A DNA stretch of 63,939 bases, counting the filler, from Saprolegnia diclina VS20 (Eukaryota), in the NCBI RefSeq assembly GCF_000281045.1. It is 10 parts of 3 records of this genome, joined end to end, with 100 filler letters (N's around TTAATTAATTAA, not from the genome) between each part and the next. Parts side by side here need not be neighbours in the genome. Positions count along the whole stretch, not along the records: positions 19,812 to 31,958 come from NW_008246156.1; positions 32,059 to 55,858 come from NW_008246156.1; 8 more parts are not named here. One strand, written 5' to 3'. Below, piece by piece: positions 24,075-34,984 of this stretch (position 1 is its first letter; each line of letters begins with the position of its first letter). The notes under the pieces were generated by a model. It saw only the letters and a program-made list of their open reading frames with translations. It was not told where the DNA came from and did not search any database. A program made the translations under genes and the position numbers.

Positions 24075-27000
24075 CTACGCGGCGGCGTAGTGCGCGTGCG
24101 AGTGGCCAATCACCGCGTAAAACGTCGTCGCAAACTCGTCTTCGCTCACGATGCCGTCTTCGTTCATGTCGAGGTACTGCATGAGCTCAAACGCCTGCTG
24201 CTCCGAGAGCACAATGTCGTCTTCGTCCTCGACCGCATCCTTGTCGTCGGTCGTCGCCACACTCGCCTCGTCGCGGTAGAGACTCGCCATTGAGTTGCGC
24301 ATCGCCCGGCTCGGCGGCGACGCCAGTGACGAGAGCGACGACGACATGGGCACCGAGAGCGATGACGACATGGGGAGCGACGCGGGCTTGGCCTCGAGGT
24401 ACCCAAGCACACGCAGCGTGTCCTTGAGGTCGTCAAACGTTATGCGGTGCTTGAGCGACCGGTCAAAGTACTCGAAGGCGCGCTTCATGAGCGCCCGCTC
24501 CGGCAGCGCCGGGTCGGCGTCCTGCAGGATCGCGCCAAAGATGCGCCCGAGCATCTCGTGGCACCACGGCACGTCCGTCTCGCTCGACACTTCATAGTAC
24601 CGGAGAAACCTAGTCCCGTGTCGTCAACAGCGTCTCAACACAAGTCAGGAGTCCTACTCGTAGCAGTCGATCTTGTCGTGGTCGTCGAGCACGACGAGCT
24701 GGGGCGCGTAGAGGAGAAAGTGGACCGGCACGCCGAGGACGTCCGTGAGCGCTTGCTTCCACTGCAGACGCGTGAGGAACATGCGCCAGAAGGGCTGACC
24801 ACGAAAGTACTGGCGGAGCGCGTCGCACTTTTGGCCAATGAGTTCTTGGAGGCTCCAGAGCGTCTTGTCCTCGAACGCCTTGGTCTGCGCGCGCCAGTTG
24901 CGGTGGCACGTGTACTTTTGCAGCGGCTGGGCGTAAAACTGTACCACATACGGCTTGAGTTCGTTCGTGACAACCACAAACGCGCCCTTGTTGGTCTGGA
25001 AGCCGCAGTACGCAGACGCCGAGAAGACTGAGAGGACGAGCCCGTCGTGGCACACGACGTACCCATCTTCGTGCGACTCGTGCGACCGAATGATCATCTG
25101 GAGGTTGTTGGTCTTGCAAAATGCCTGCGTCACGTCCGGTCCAAACTCGTAGCCGCAGCCGCGCTTCGAGATTGTGATGCCATCGTGCGGCTGCGGGTCG
25201 TTCCAGAGCATTTGGCAGAAAATGTCGTCGGCCAAGAGGCCGCTGGCCCCCGTCGGCGGCTCGCGCTCAATGTCAATGGCTTGGATGTCGGCGAGCGTCA
25301 CATTCGGGTTGTGGGGCACGCCGCCGTGCACGATGAAGATCGCGTCTTGCACGAGCGTGCAGAGCGGGAGGCGGTTGAACACTTGTCCAAAGAGCTGGAA
25401 GAGCGCGCCCGAGTCCCGGTACTTGCGCATGACTTCCTCTTCAAAGCCAAAGACGTGGTTGAGCATCGACGCTTCGTGGTTGCCGCGGTTCAGAAACACA
25501 TATGTCGGGTAGAGTAGCTTGTACGCGAGGAGCGTCAGAATGACTTCGACGCCGTGGAGACCGCGGTCGACAAAGTCGCCGTTGAAGACATACCACACGT
25601 GCTTGCTGGGCACACCTTTGCGATCAAAGATCGTCATGAGGTCCTCGAATTGGCCGTGGAGGTCGCCGACAATGACGACCTGGACGCCGTTTGGGATCGT
25701 GAGCCGGCTCATGCACACGAGCGGTTGCTCGAGAATCTACACAGCCCTTCAGAAACTACGATCTCATAGGTCTCTGCGGTGTACGAGGTTGAGGAGGCGC
25801 GTGACGTAGGCTTGGTGCAGAGGAAGGCCGTTGCGGAAGGCGTCGACAAGCTTGAGCACTTGGTTTTCCGTGAGTGGGAACGTGAGGTGTGCCCCACGGT
25901 ACGACGCCGGCACGACATTGTCTAAGTATCAACTTGATACAGTATTCGAAACAAGAAACTCGTGTACCCGGGAGGTTTTGGTTTTGGAGCTCGGCCGATT
26001 GGTCCCACGAGTTGCTCCACGCGGGCGTGAGCGACTGGAGCTCGTTGACGCTGATCGACGTCTTGAGGATCTTGACGGTCTGCACCGCGCGCTGCTCTTC
26101 CAGCGTCTCGAGGAGGCTCCACGTGTGAAAATGCAGCTGTGTGCGAAAGAGGCGGTACGCCAAGTACGACTTGAGGCGGCACTTGATGCGGTTGGCAGCG
26201 AGGATCATCTCCGAGTAGCGCTCGACATATCGAATGTGCACGCGCTGGATCGTCTGGCGCGCCGGGATCGAGACGTGGACCATGACCGCGTCCGACGAGC
26301 CTTGCACGATCGTACCGACGCGGATGCCATAGACAAGCACCTTTGTGCCGGGCAAGAACGGCTCCGGCAGCGGGTCGCAGTCGCAGCAGATGCGGACGGG
26401 GTCCGTGTAGCCGAGCAGCGGCAGGCGCGGAATCAAGTGCGAGCACTGGTAGCACACGCACGTACCGCACTTGCTACGTACAGGTGTGAGCATGGACATG
26501 GTGTCGGCGCGCGTACCGGCAGTGGTGCGGACGGAAGAAGGCCGTGAACGTGCCATGGCAGATCTGGCAGTGCTTCGAGTTGGGCACCCACACCGGGCGC
26601 ATCGCGATGCGGAAGGCCTTGACCCACATGTCGTAGTGCGAGTGGCTCGAGGCCTGGAGCTTCCACGACGTGAGCGTCCCGTTGGTCGCAAAGCCCGTCA
26701 CGAGGATCTCGCGCGTCCGGCGCACGCAGCGCATCTCCGAGTTGAGAGACGACGTGGTCTGGTTGAGCGACGTGAGGTCGAGGCCTGAGCCCGAGATCTC
26801 AAACTCGGTCGCGCACAGCGACGGGTGCAGGAGCATGACGCCACGCAAATTGCGGGTCGTGAGCTGGTTCGTGAGCGTGAGCTTGTTCTTCGGGATGTGG
26901 ACGACGACGTCGCCCATGTCGTTGATGGTCTGCTTGACCGGGATCTCGTAGTACTTGAGGAACCCGTTCGAGTCGAGCACAAAGTAGCGAAAGTGGGCGT

Positions 27001-27172
27001 AGTCGCCCTTCTTGATGAGTGGGCCCTCGGCGAGGTAGACCACCAGTGGGCTCGTGGCGCAGAGGTCGACGCCGAGGCAGCAGCGGCAGACGCCGTTGAC
27101 GAAGGCCAGCATCGAGTCGGCGTTCTCTGGCGACGTCTCTTGTCGGCGACTGGGGCTCGAGTACCGAAGCAT
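24075..27172 (-). CDS. PH-FYVE-IQ-PPEF/RdgC-type Ser/Thr phosphatase with C-terminal EF-hands; ~5 exons
   Basis: PH-like: EGPLIKKG..RYFVL..LKYY...MWVKAF. FYVE: WVPNSKHCQIC..RPHHCRKCGTCVCYQCS..VRICCDC. IQ-like: AANRIKCRLKSYLAYR. PPP motifs: GDLHG, GDFVDRG, RGNHE, IRSHE, FSASAY. EF loop: DMNEDGIVSEDE. Confidence 0.88.
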
Positions 27173-28100
27173 CCGTGGCGTCGTCGTCTCTGTCTCACAG
27201 CGTTGAAGTCGGGCCAGAAGGGGCTTGGCACCTCTGCAAATCGATCGCGTCAGCCTACAACCTCTATGTATTTATATATGCAGTTGCGACCAGCTATACG
27301 CACGCAACTGCCGCCCTCGCACGCCACCAAGGAGCCAGCGCCGTTGGTGCCAAGGTCGTACCCGCGCTTGGCGAGCGCCACCCAGGCATTGCGATGCTCC
27401 TTACCTCGGGACGCGCAAGTGCCAAGTTGAAGCGGCGCCATGGAGCCAGTGGGCAGTTGGGTACAATTAGCCTCAACCAAGTCCGGAATGTCGACAGCGT
27501 GGGACCGCCACCAGGTCGTCCGCCCTCACCGGTCGATAGAAGCTGCAAATCGATGCGCGATGACTCATACAGCTCGCCCTATTGCTCTGCAGTTGGGTGC
27601 GTTAAGCGGGATGCGATCGAGTTCGAGCCGCCGTCGTGGGCCCGGCGACGCCGGAACGTGAACCATACATTGTGTGGTCGTGGTCGTCTTCTGCTGGCGC
27701 CATCTAGTACAGTGTACGGCAGCATCACGTGGCCGCTATCTTCCGAGCTTGCAGATGCTAGGTACACTTGAGGGCTATTCCGACGGTTCAGTTGTCCAAT
27801 CTGCGAACAATTTGGTGCAGTGCTCTCTGTAGTTACTCGACATTGCCCTTGCCTCAACGACACGACTGCAGTAGCTAGTGGCGTCGTAAGTGCAGCGGTG
27901 GCTTGAGCCGCCGATCCTGGATATCGACCTTGTAAGCTAGGGTCGCCACTTCAACTTTAGGCTATCTCCTTAGGCTCAAACCGGGTCTTCGCCCGGCTTG
28001 CGTCGGCGGGTTCACTGGCCAAGGCCTTGATTGGTCTCTCACAAGATCGCGTAGGCGAACCCGCATCCAAAATAGCTGCTTTGGCTCGCGCTCTCCATCG

Positions 28101-28117
28101 GTCATTTCCGCTTTGCC
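28101..28117 (+). promoter_or_regulatory. INR/FPR-like core promoter
   Basis: gtcatttccgctttgcc ~25 nt upstream of ATG 28139. Confidence 0.5.
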
Positions 28118-28138
28118 TCTGCACTCCCTGAGAAGACC

Positions 28139-28609
28139 ATGTCCCGACCGAGCGCCACGCAGTCGCAGAACCTCAACAACTTTATCGGCGACCGCTCCAG
28201 CACACGCCTCGCCAAGCCGCCGGGCGGTGGGTCGACGGTCGGATCGCTCATTTTTGGCGGCGCCGACGCGGCCAACAGCACGTCGGGGTCGTTCATGGAC
28301 GACCGAAAAGGCCGTCGCGGGTCGTCGAACCGCCCCGAGCAGATCGGGAGCCAAGTGTTTGGCAACAACGAGGCGCTGGTGCGTCACGGCAGCAACAACA
28401 GCGGCGGCGGGAACAGTGACAAGGAGGCTCAAAAGTACCAGCTGCAGCAGCAGCAGTACATGCAGCAGCAGATGGAGCGCCGCGGAAGCAACCAGAACCA
28501 GAGCGCGAGCGACATCTTCCTCCAGAACGCGCCGGGCAACATTGCGGGCGAGCGCCGAACACGTCGCATGTACAACGGCGGCCAGTCCTCGGGCTTCCAG
28601 CTCTCATAG
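28139..28609 (+). CDS. SPIRAL1/Jupiter-like small microtubule-associated protein (156 aa)
   Basis: QNLNNFIGDRSSTRLAKPPGGGSTVGSLIFG resembles the SPR1 motif QNxGNFITDRPSTKVHAAPGGGSSLGYLFG. Confidence 0.7.
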   Translation: MSRPSATQSQNLNNFIGDRSSTRLAKPPGGGSTVGSLIFGGADAANSTSGSFMDDRKGRRGSSNRPEQIGSQVFGNNEALVRHGSNNSGGGNSDKEAQKYQLQQQQYMQQQMERRGSNQNQSASDIFLQNAPGNIAGERRTRRMYNGGQSSGFQLS

Positions 28610-29891
28610 TCCACCACAAACTAGACGAATAACGCACCATGCATATAATAGTATATTAGTTTGCTTCTACCAGTCGCATTGACCTTTTACTCGCATCATG
28701 GCCGGCCACGCGGCCGCGACTGCTTCCGGACGTCCGGATACGGGGTACGTGGCAGCGCGGAAGGGCCGCATGTGACATGCGTTACAACCGCAAAGACTAA
28801 GATCACTTTAAGATGGCCCTCAGGAGAGCGACGCAGCGGTAACCGAGCCGGTCCGTGAGATCATCGAGCTGGTTCGCTGCCACGGGGTTGTGGATACGGA
28901 CTTGGTATGGGACGCCTTTTGCAGGGACGCTTCATATCTGCAACTTGACGCATTGTTGTGCAGGGATGGTCCTTTGCAGGGCTCCTCTGTCACCGCCTTC
29001 GAGTGTTGGTGGGAGCCGCAATGCGCGCGGCTTCCGACCTCGTCCAATGGGACTCAAGAGGCTACCTCCTGGTCTACCCGTGATTGGGTGACACGGCTCC
29101 CGTGATCTGCAACCATAGGGGTAATGAAGTAACAACAATCTTTCTTTTGCTTCCTTTTCAGTGCATTGTCAAGAAGCGGCCATGCCTGCAGAGTCGGCCC
29201 TTCGGACCCGACGACACATCACGCAAATTGATGCGTGGGCGGCCAACATATACTCGACATCAACGGCCACTGCGCCCTGGTCGCCCCTTGGCTATCTCCA
29301 CACACATTGCCAACCGAACGGCTCTGGTCGACTCGAGCTATCTCGGGAAGTTGCACACGGCGTGCCTCTCGGACCGCGATTGATATGAGAGAAGGACGTC
29401 GCACCGCTCGCCAGCGTCGTCACACTCGACCTCTCGCACTGCGATGTCTGCCGCTCGCCCACGTACGTCTGCACTTTGTGCAAACCTTCACCCTCGCCAA
29501 CTGCCATCGGATGCACGGTGACGACGTCGACGTAGTCACCTTTGTGCAACTAGTAGCACTGTGTCTCGACGGCTGCGACCAGCTCACGACCGTGGATGCA
29601 TTCGCTCAGCCTCCTCAATTGCTTGGGGCTCACCAATGTCTCGATGCTCTGTCATGTGCACTCGCTGGACCTCACGGGCTGCTGGCCCCTCCGTGAGTAT
29701 GCGATGGGCGCCCGAAATGGCCTCTCCGTCGATGGATGAGGCCATTCTGCGTCTGGCGCGGATTTTGGTCCTGTATGCAGAGACTGTCGCTAAAGCTACA
29801 TCCCTTCGATCGTAACCTTGTGGAATAATTGTCGTGTTATAGCTACATTGATGCTATCTTGATAGTGCTATGTACAAGCGAATGGAGTGGC

Positions 29892-30668
29892 TCATTTGGC
29901 CTTGGTCTTTTGCTCGTAGTCGAACTCGGCGACGCTGGCCGCGGCCGACGCGAGCTGCGCGACGTTGATGATGTTCTTCATGACGCACGCGGGGAAGCAG
30001 CCGTACCACGCAATCTACGAAGCGACGCGTTAGCATCGTGGACCATTAAAAGGACGGGTGTCTACCGAGGCAAGGGGGAGGCCCGCGACCGTGAGCGTTG
30101 GCTCAAAGCTGAGCACGTACAAGAGGATGTAGAAGAACTCGGCGCCGACACAGCAGTAGCCAAAGAGCGGGTAGCAGCCGTAGTAGACACGCAAGAGAAC
30201 GTTCTTCTTCGACTCGATCGACTTGTGGTGGCCGCGCGACGCGTACATGTGGTACCAATGGCTCGAAAAGTCGAGCACGAGGAGGAAGAGGAACGCGAGC
30301 TTGTACGCCGGGTAGAGGTGCGAGAGGATCACGAGGAGACCGGCCGTCGAGCAGCTACACAATGGCATGAGCGACAGAGCGCGAGTCGCTCGCAGCGTAC
30401 CGGTCCGTGACCATGTCGAGGACGGCGCCAAACGTCGAGCCTAATGTGGATGCTACATGAGCCGTCGCCGAGAGCGAGGCATCGTACATTGGTTGAACCA
30501 GCGGGCGAAGAAGCCGTCAAAGTAGTCGCAGATGAAGCTGAAGGCGTAGCAGATAATGCTCGTCTTCCAGTCCGTCTCGGCCACGTAGAAGCTGTAGGCC
30601 GTGAGGGCCACGCGGACGTAGCCGATGAGGTTGGGGATGTAGAAGTAGACCTCCGACTTGTCGCCCAT
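29892..30668 (-). CDS. PIS1: Phosphatidylinositol synthase (CDP-alcohol phosphatidyltransferase); 4 exons
   Basis: VYFYIPNLIGYVR, DYFDGFFARWFNQ..STFGAVLDMVTDR, LDFSSHWYHM, CVGAEFFY. Confidence 0.93.
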
Positions 30669-31013
30669 GCTGCTGCTGCCGACCGTGAAAAACGCGAATT
30701 GGCGTCCGGAAGTCATGCCATCTTTTTGGCCAATGGCATCGCTGGAACGCAAGTAGCCAATCAGCGCGCGGCAGTAATTTTTGCGCTGATGATGAAACGA
30801 CGCCGGCGCATGATCGCGTGAAAAATGGCGCGCGTCGCACAGAGACACGGTCGCGCCTCAACACGGGTCGACACTGGATTATACACTGGATTATACACGA
30901 TTCTACGTCTTGGGGCGACGATGGGGGTCCGGGCTGGCCTAGCTGAAGAAGCCACGCTGAGTTCCGATGCGCCCCATTCAAGGTCTTGCAGCGGTGCATC
31001 GCCACATAGTGGT

Positions 31014-34000
31014 CTAGATCGCATGGTGCACGGCGTCAGCGACGCTGCTGCGCTCGCGGTGGCGCGGGTCTAAGACGGGAAAGGACTGCGTGCGGCGAGG
31101 CGACCCGTGGGGCTGTCCGAGCTGCTCGAGCGCGGCTGTGAGCTGCCGTGTTAGCTCTTGATGGTGCTTGTCTTGGGCGGCAAAGTGCGCCTGCGACTCG
31201 GCTCGCATCACAACAAGGTCGGCCCGCAGCACTTGCATCTCCAAGTCTCTAGCCACGGAATCGGCTTTGCCCATCACTTCAATATGCGGGTTGGGAGTCG
31301 TCGCATCAGTGGGCGGGACCACGGTGCTGTCCAGCGCCCTGCCGATGGCCCAGACGCGCAGTTCGATCACATCGACCACGTTCTTTCGGTGCACAAACTG
31401 AAAGAGATAAGCACAGTGCCCATGCACGTCCAGCGGCGGCACTAGATCGTCGGCGCGTGGCTGCTTGCAAATCGCAGCGCGTAGTGTCTCGGCAATACTG
31501 CGAACGCTGATCTTAAGCGCTTCGAGCTTGGCAGGCGCGTCGTCACCGCGGTGCTTGTGCGCCTTGGCAAACAGACTCGTGAGCGCCTCTTCGGCGGCCG
31601 CGATCGCGTCCAACTCGGGTTGAAACCCACACAGAATCTCGGGATCCGTGCTGAAATGCTCGACTCGGCGCAAATCTTCCGTGACGACGCCAATGTGCTC
31701 GGCGATGGTAGCTTGAAGCGCCGCCAGCGTCGTCTGCCATCGCTGCTTGCGCGTGTTGTCATGTCGAATCGACGCCTCGTGCTCGGGTCGCATCGAGATG
31801 TCGAGGCTCGAGACGACCTCCGAGAAGATCGGGTTGAGCACCCGCGCGTGGGTCTTAACATCAGTCAGATGCAACAGCGCTTGCGTCCCGTCGGCGTCGA
31901 GGCGCATCGACTGCTCCAAGCGCAGGATGCACTGGGCGTAGCTCGTGAGCGCCTCGGTNNNNNNNNNNNNNNNNNNNNNNNNNNNNNNNNNNNNNNNNNN
32001 NNTTAATTAATTAANNNNNNNNNNNNNNNNNNNNNNNNNNNNNNNNNNNNNNNNNNNNCCAGGAGCGCCGAGATCACGTTAGGTCGTTGGTTGAGGAGGA
32101 CCGACGCGTGCAAGGCCGATCGACCGGCCTGAAAGGAATAGCTTATGTATTGTCCTCTTCTTCAGCTCGAGTCGACGTACCGCTTTGAACTGGTCGACCG
32201 CCGACAGGTCGGGCACGTTGGCCATAAAGTAGTCGGTATGATGTTCTTGGACCTCTTGCTTGGCGGTGATGAGGCGCTTGCACGCGGGATAAGGCCACAC
32301 AAGCTCGTCTATCGGGCGCGACCGCTACGCAAGGGACGTCCTTCGCTAAACGAAGAAGTTCATTGGCGCACTTGTAGATGATTCGGGTCGGCGCCAGCGA
32401 GCAAGAGGCGTTCCACGCAGCTGGCGTGGCCGTATTTGGCCGCAAAGTACAGTGCTGTCTCCCCAGTCTAGATGCGATATCAGATGGTCGTGGCGTGGAC
32501 ACTAGTTTACGAGTCGAAGGCGGCTCGGCGTGCGAACTGTCGGTGGCGAGAGGAGGAGGTTGAGTATATCGAGGCGGCCATGTTGGCACACGTACTGCCA
32601 CACGGTGCATCCCTAGGGACACCTTCCAGTTTAACCCGCACCACCACACTCCGCGGGTCTACGTCAGTTGTTTCATTATCGACCAGAGGCTCGTCCACAG
32701 GCTTGCGCAAGAGCTGCGCCTTGAGTTTGTCCCACTGTTTTGCTTCGGCCAGCGCAGCGAGCTCGGCCGAGTCATCGCCCATCTGGCAGCATTGCGTATG
32801 GGGCTAGTGTGGTTATTGTCAAACGAAGTAGCTGAGACTCGAGGTGTACCAAGTGGTTGAGGAACCGTGTGAGATTGCCTCGACGACGCAACTCACTGAC
32901 CATTTGAATGAGCTCGGTGCTACTTTGGCCATTGGCGATGGTGACGCAGTGCAAAACACAGTCCGTGAGCAAGTCCAGCGCCGTGTCTCCGTTCTACCCT
33001 CCGTGTTGTGTCTCGTCACGCAGTACCGAAACTACCTTGAGCGTCAGTTGAAGAAGCGCCTCGGTGCAGTACGGCAGCAACAGATGCAAGATCGCCAAGT
33101 GTCGACCCTTGGCTGCATACATAAGCACGGTCTTTCCGTCCTACGCACCAGATCATTCACGGCCATTAAGCTGCATGGAACGTACGCTGGCGCGGACTTC
33201 GAGGGCCGCCGTGACGGCCAATGTTGCTTCTTGCGCGCGTGTACGATAGGAGAGCACGAAGTCGCTTCTGTTGAGCGCAAGACACTGCAGACACGGCGTG
33301 CCTGGCGTTGGCACCGCGGCGACGGTGCATGCGACGCAAAGGTAGAGCGATATAATGTAGTGCAGTGACGGTGCGTCGTCACAGATGCCCGTCCACGTGC
33401 CAGCAGCCACATCGACGGGTCCTTTGTACGTCTTGGGGCGCGTCTTGTCGACGAACGTAAGCGTCAAAACGTTGTCGCGCGTCCAGGCGCCAAGAACCGC
33501 GGCATCGTTCGCTAGCAGTTGGTACGCATCGAGGGTAGGCGTCGGTATGACCGTCACGGACATCAGGATGGCTCTCTCGTTGCGCCACGTCACGCTCTCA
33601 AACGCATCTCTCGCAAAGATCGCTCGCAGCCAAAGCTCCATGCGCGCGACGTTGCCTGCGCGTGCGAGGCGGTGGCCCGGGTAGTTCTTTCGGAGGTCGT
33701 CTTCAGCGCGTAGCATGGCGCTTATTTTATCGTCGCGGACGGCCAGGTCCAAGGGTGTTTGCCCGGCCTAGAAGGCTGCAGTGGAAGGCAAGAGGACTCG
33801 CGTCTACCTCGTTTGTCACGTCAATGGTGGCGGATGCATGCAAGAGGAGCTTCACGCCTGCGTGATCACTCCTCGCGACAACGAAATGGAGCGCGGTATC
33901 CCGTGTCTACGGCGCGCTCTTTGCGAAAATGTGCGCGGCAGCATTGACGAACCTGCGTGCGAGCGTCGATGTCGGCGCCTGCAACCAGCAACGACTGCAT

Positions 34001-34793
34001 CTCTTGCGCGTTGTCGTGCTTCTTGATCACCATGCCTTGGGGTTGGCGCGTGTAGCCGTACTTGGCCGCAACGTGCAGCGGCGTCATCCCGTCCTACCCA
34101 CCAGAACTGAGCTTGTACGAGGCACGTGGCATCGCACGGCAGACGTCATGTCAACGTTCGTGACGAGCGATAAGAGCAGCGTGAGCACATCGTTCTCGCT
34201 GTAGCGGGCCGCATAATGCAGCGCCGTGCTTCCGTCCTAGAAGCGTGCAATGAGCGCATACATCGCCGCAAAATCGCAGCGAAAACGTACGTCTTGCGTG
34301 GCCGTGACGTCGATCGCGAGGATCTTCGCGAGCAGGAGCTGTAGTACTGCGACGTGGTCGTGGCGCACAGCTTGGTACAGCGGACGCGTCGCGTACTAGG
34401 ACACAATTAGCTCGTCGACGACACTGGAGGGCGCACCGCGGGAATCGAAGTATAGGGCGTCGAGTCCAAAAGAAGGGTTACAATGTCCAGCAGCCCGCGT
34501 TCGCAGGCACGCGAGAGAACCGAGTCGCCGTCCTACAGTCATGTACGTCCAAGCTATTGAGCCGGTAGAGGTGTTACGTCGGTCGCACAGAGGTCCTCGA
34601 GTGTATACGTTTGGGTTTGCAGCCGATGGAGCACGAGCGGTTCGTTGCCGTCGTTAAGTAGCCGCACCATCGTCGCGTCGCCGGGGTCGGCAATGCCTGC
34701 GTCATACTCCTCGTCCCTTGAGGATGTTGAGACGAAGGGCGATTTGGCCGGCAGCGCGCCATACGCCCGATCATGACTCCAGAAGCACCACAT
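31014..34793 (-). CDS. Ankyrin-repeat TRP-like cation channel, paralog A; interrupted by the contig linker, TM region missing from the assembly
   Basis: Exon-by-exon homology to paralog B: exon 1 GNEPLVLHRLQ, ankyrins (TPLHVAAKYG), PGHRLARAG domain, and C-terminal tail EALTSYAQCILRLEQSMR...RTQSFPVLDPR on the other side of the linker. Confidence 0.75.
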
Positions 34794-34984
34794 TGCACTT
34801 TTCACAGCAACGAAACACTGCGGAAAGTCAATTGTTCCGAGGATGACGTGGCAGCGCCACAACCAAAAGCCCCCCGTTTGAATGTGGGACCGGGGTTGAG
34901 AACCCTTCGAATTGGAACACCGTGACTACCTTCGACTTGGAACACACAACTCTCGGAGCCCACCCGGTTTAGATCTGGTTTGTA

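Noticed and set aside
29400..29800. Possible degenerate LRR/F-box family fragment
   Set aside because: Only weak compositional resemblance, with broken frames.
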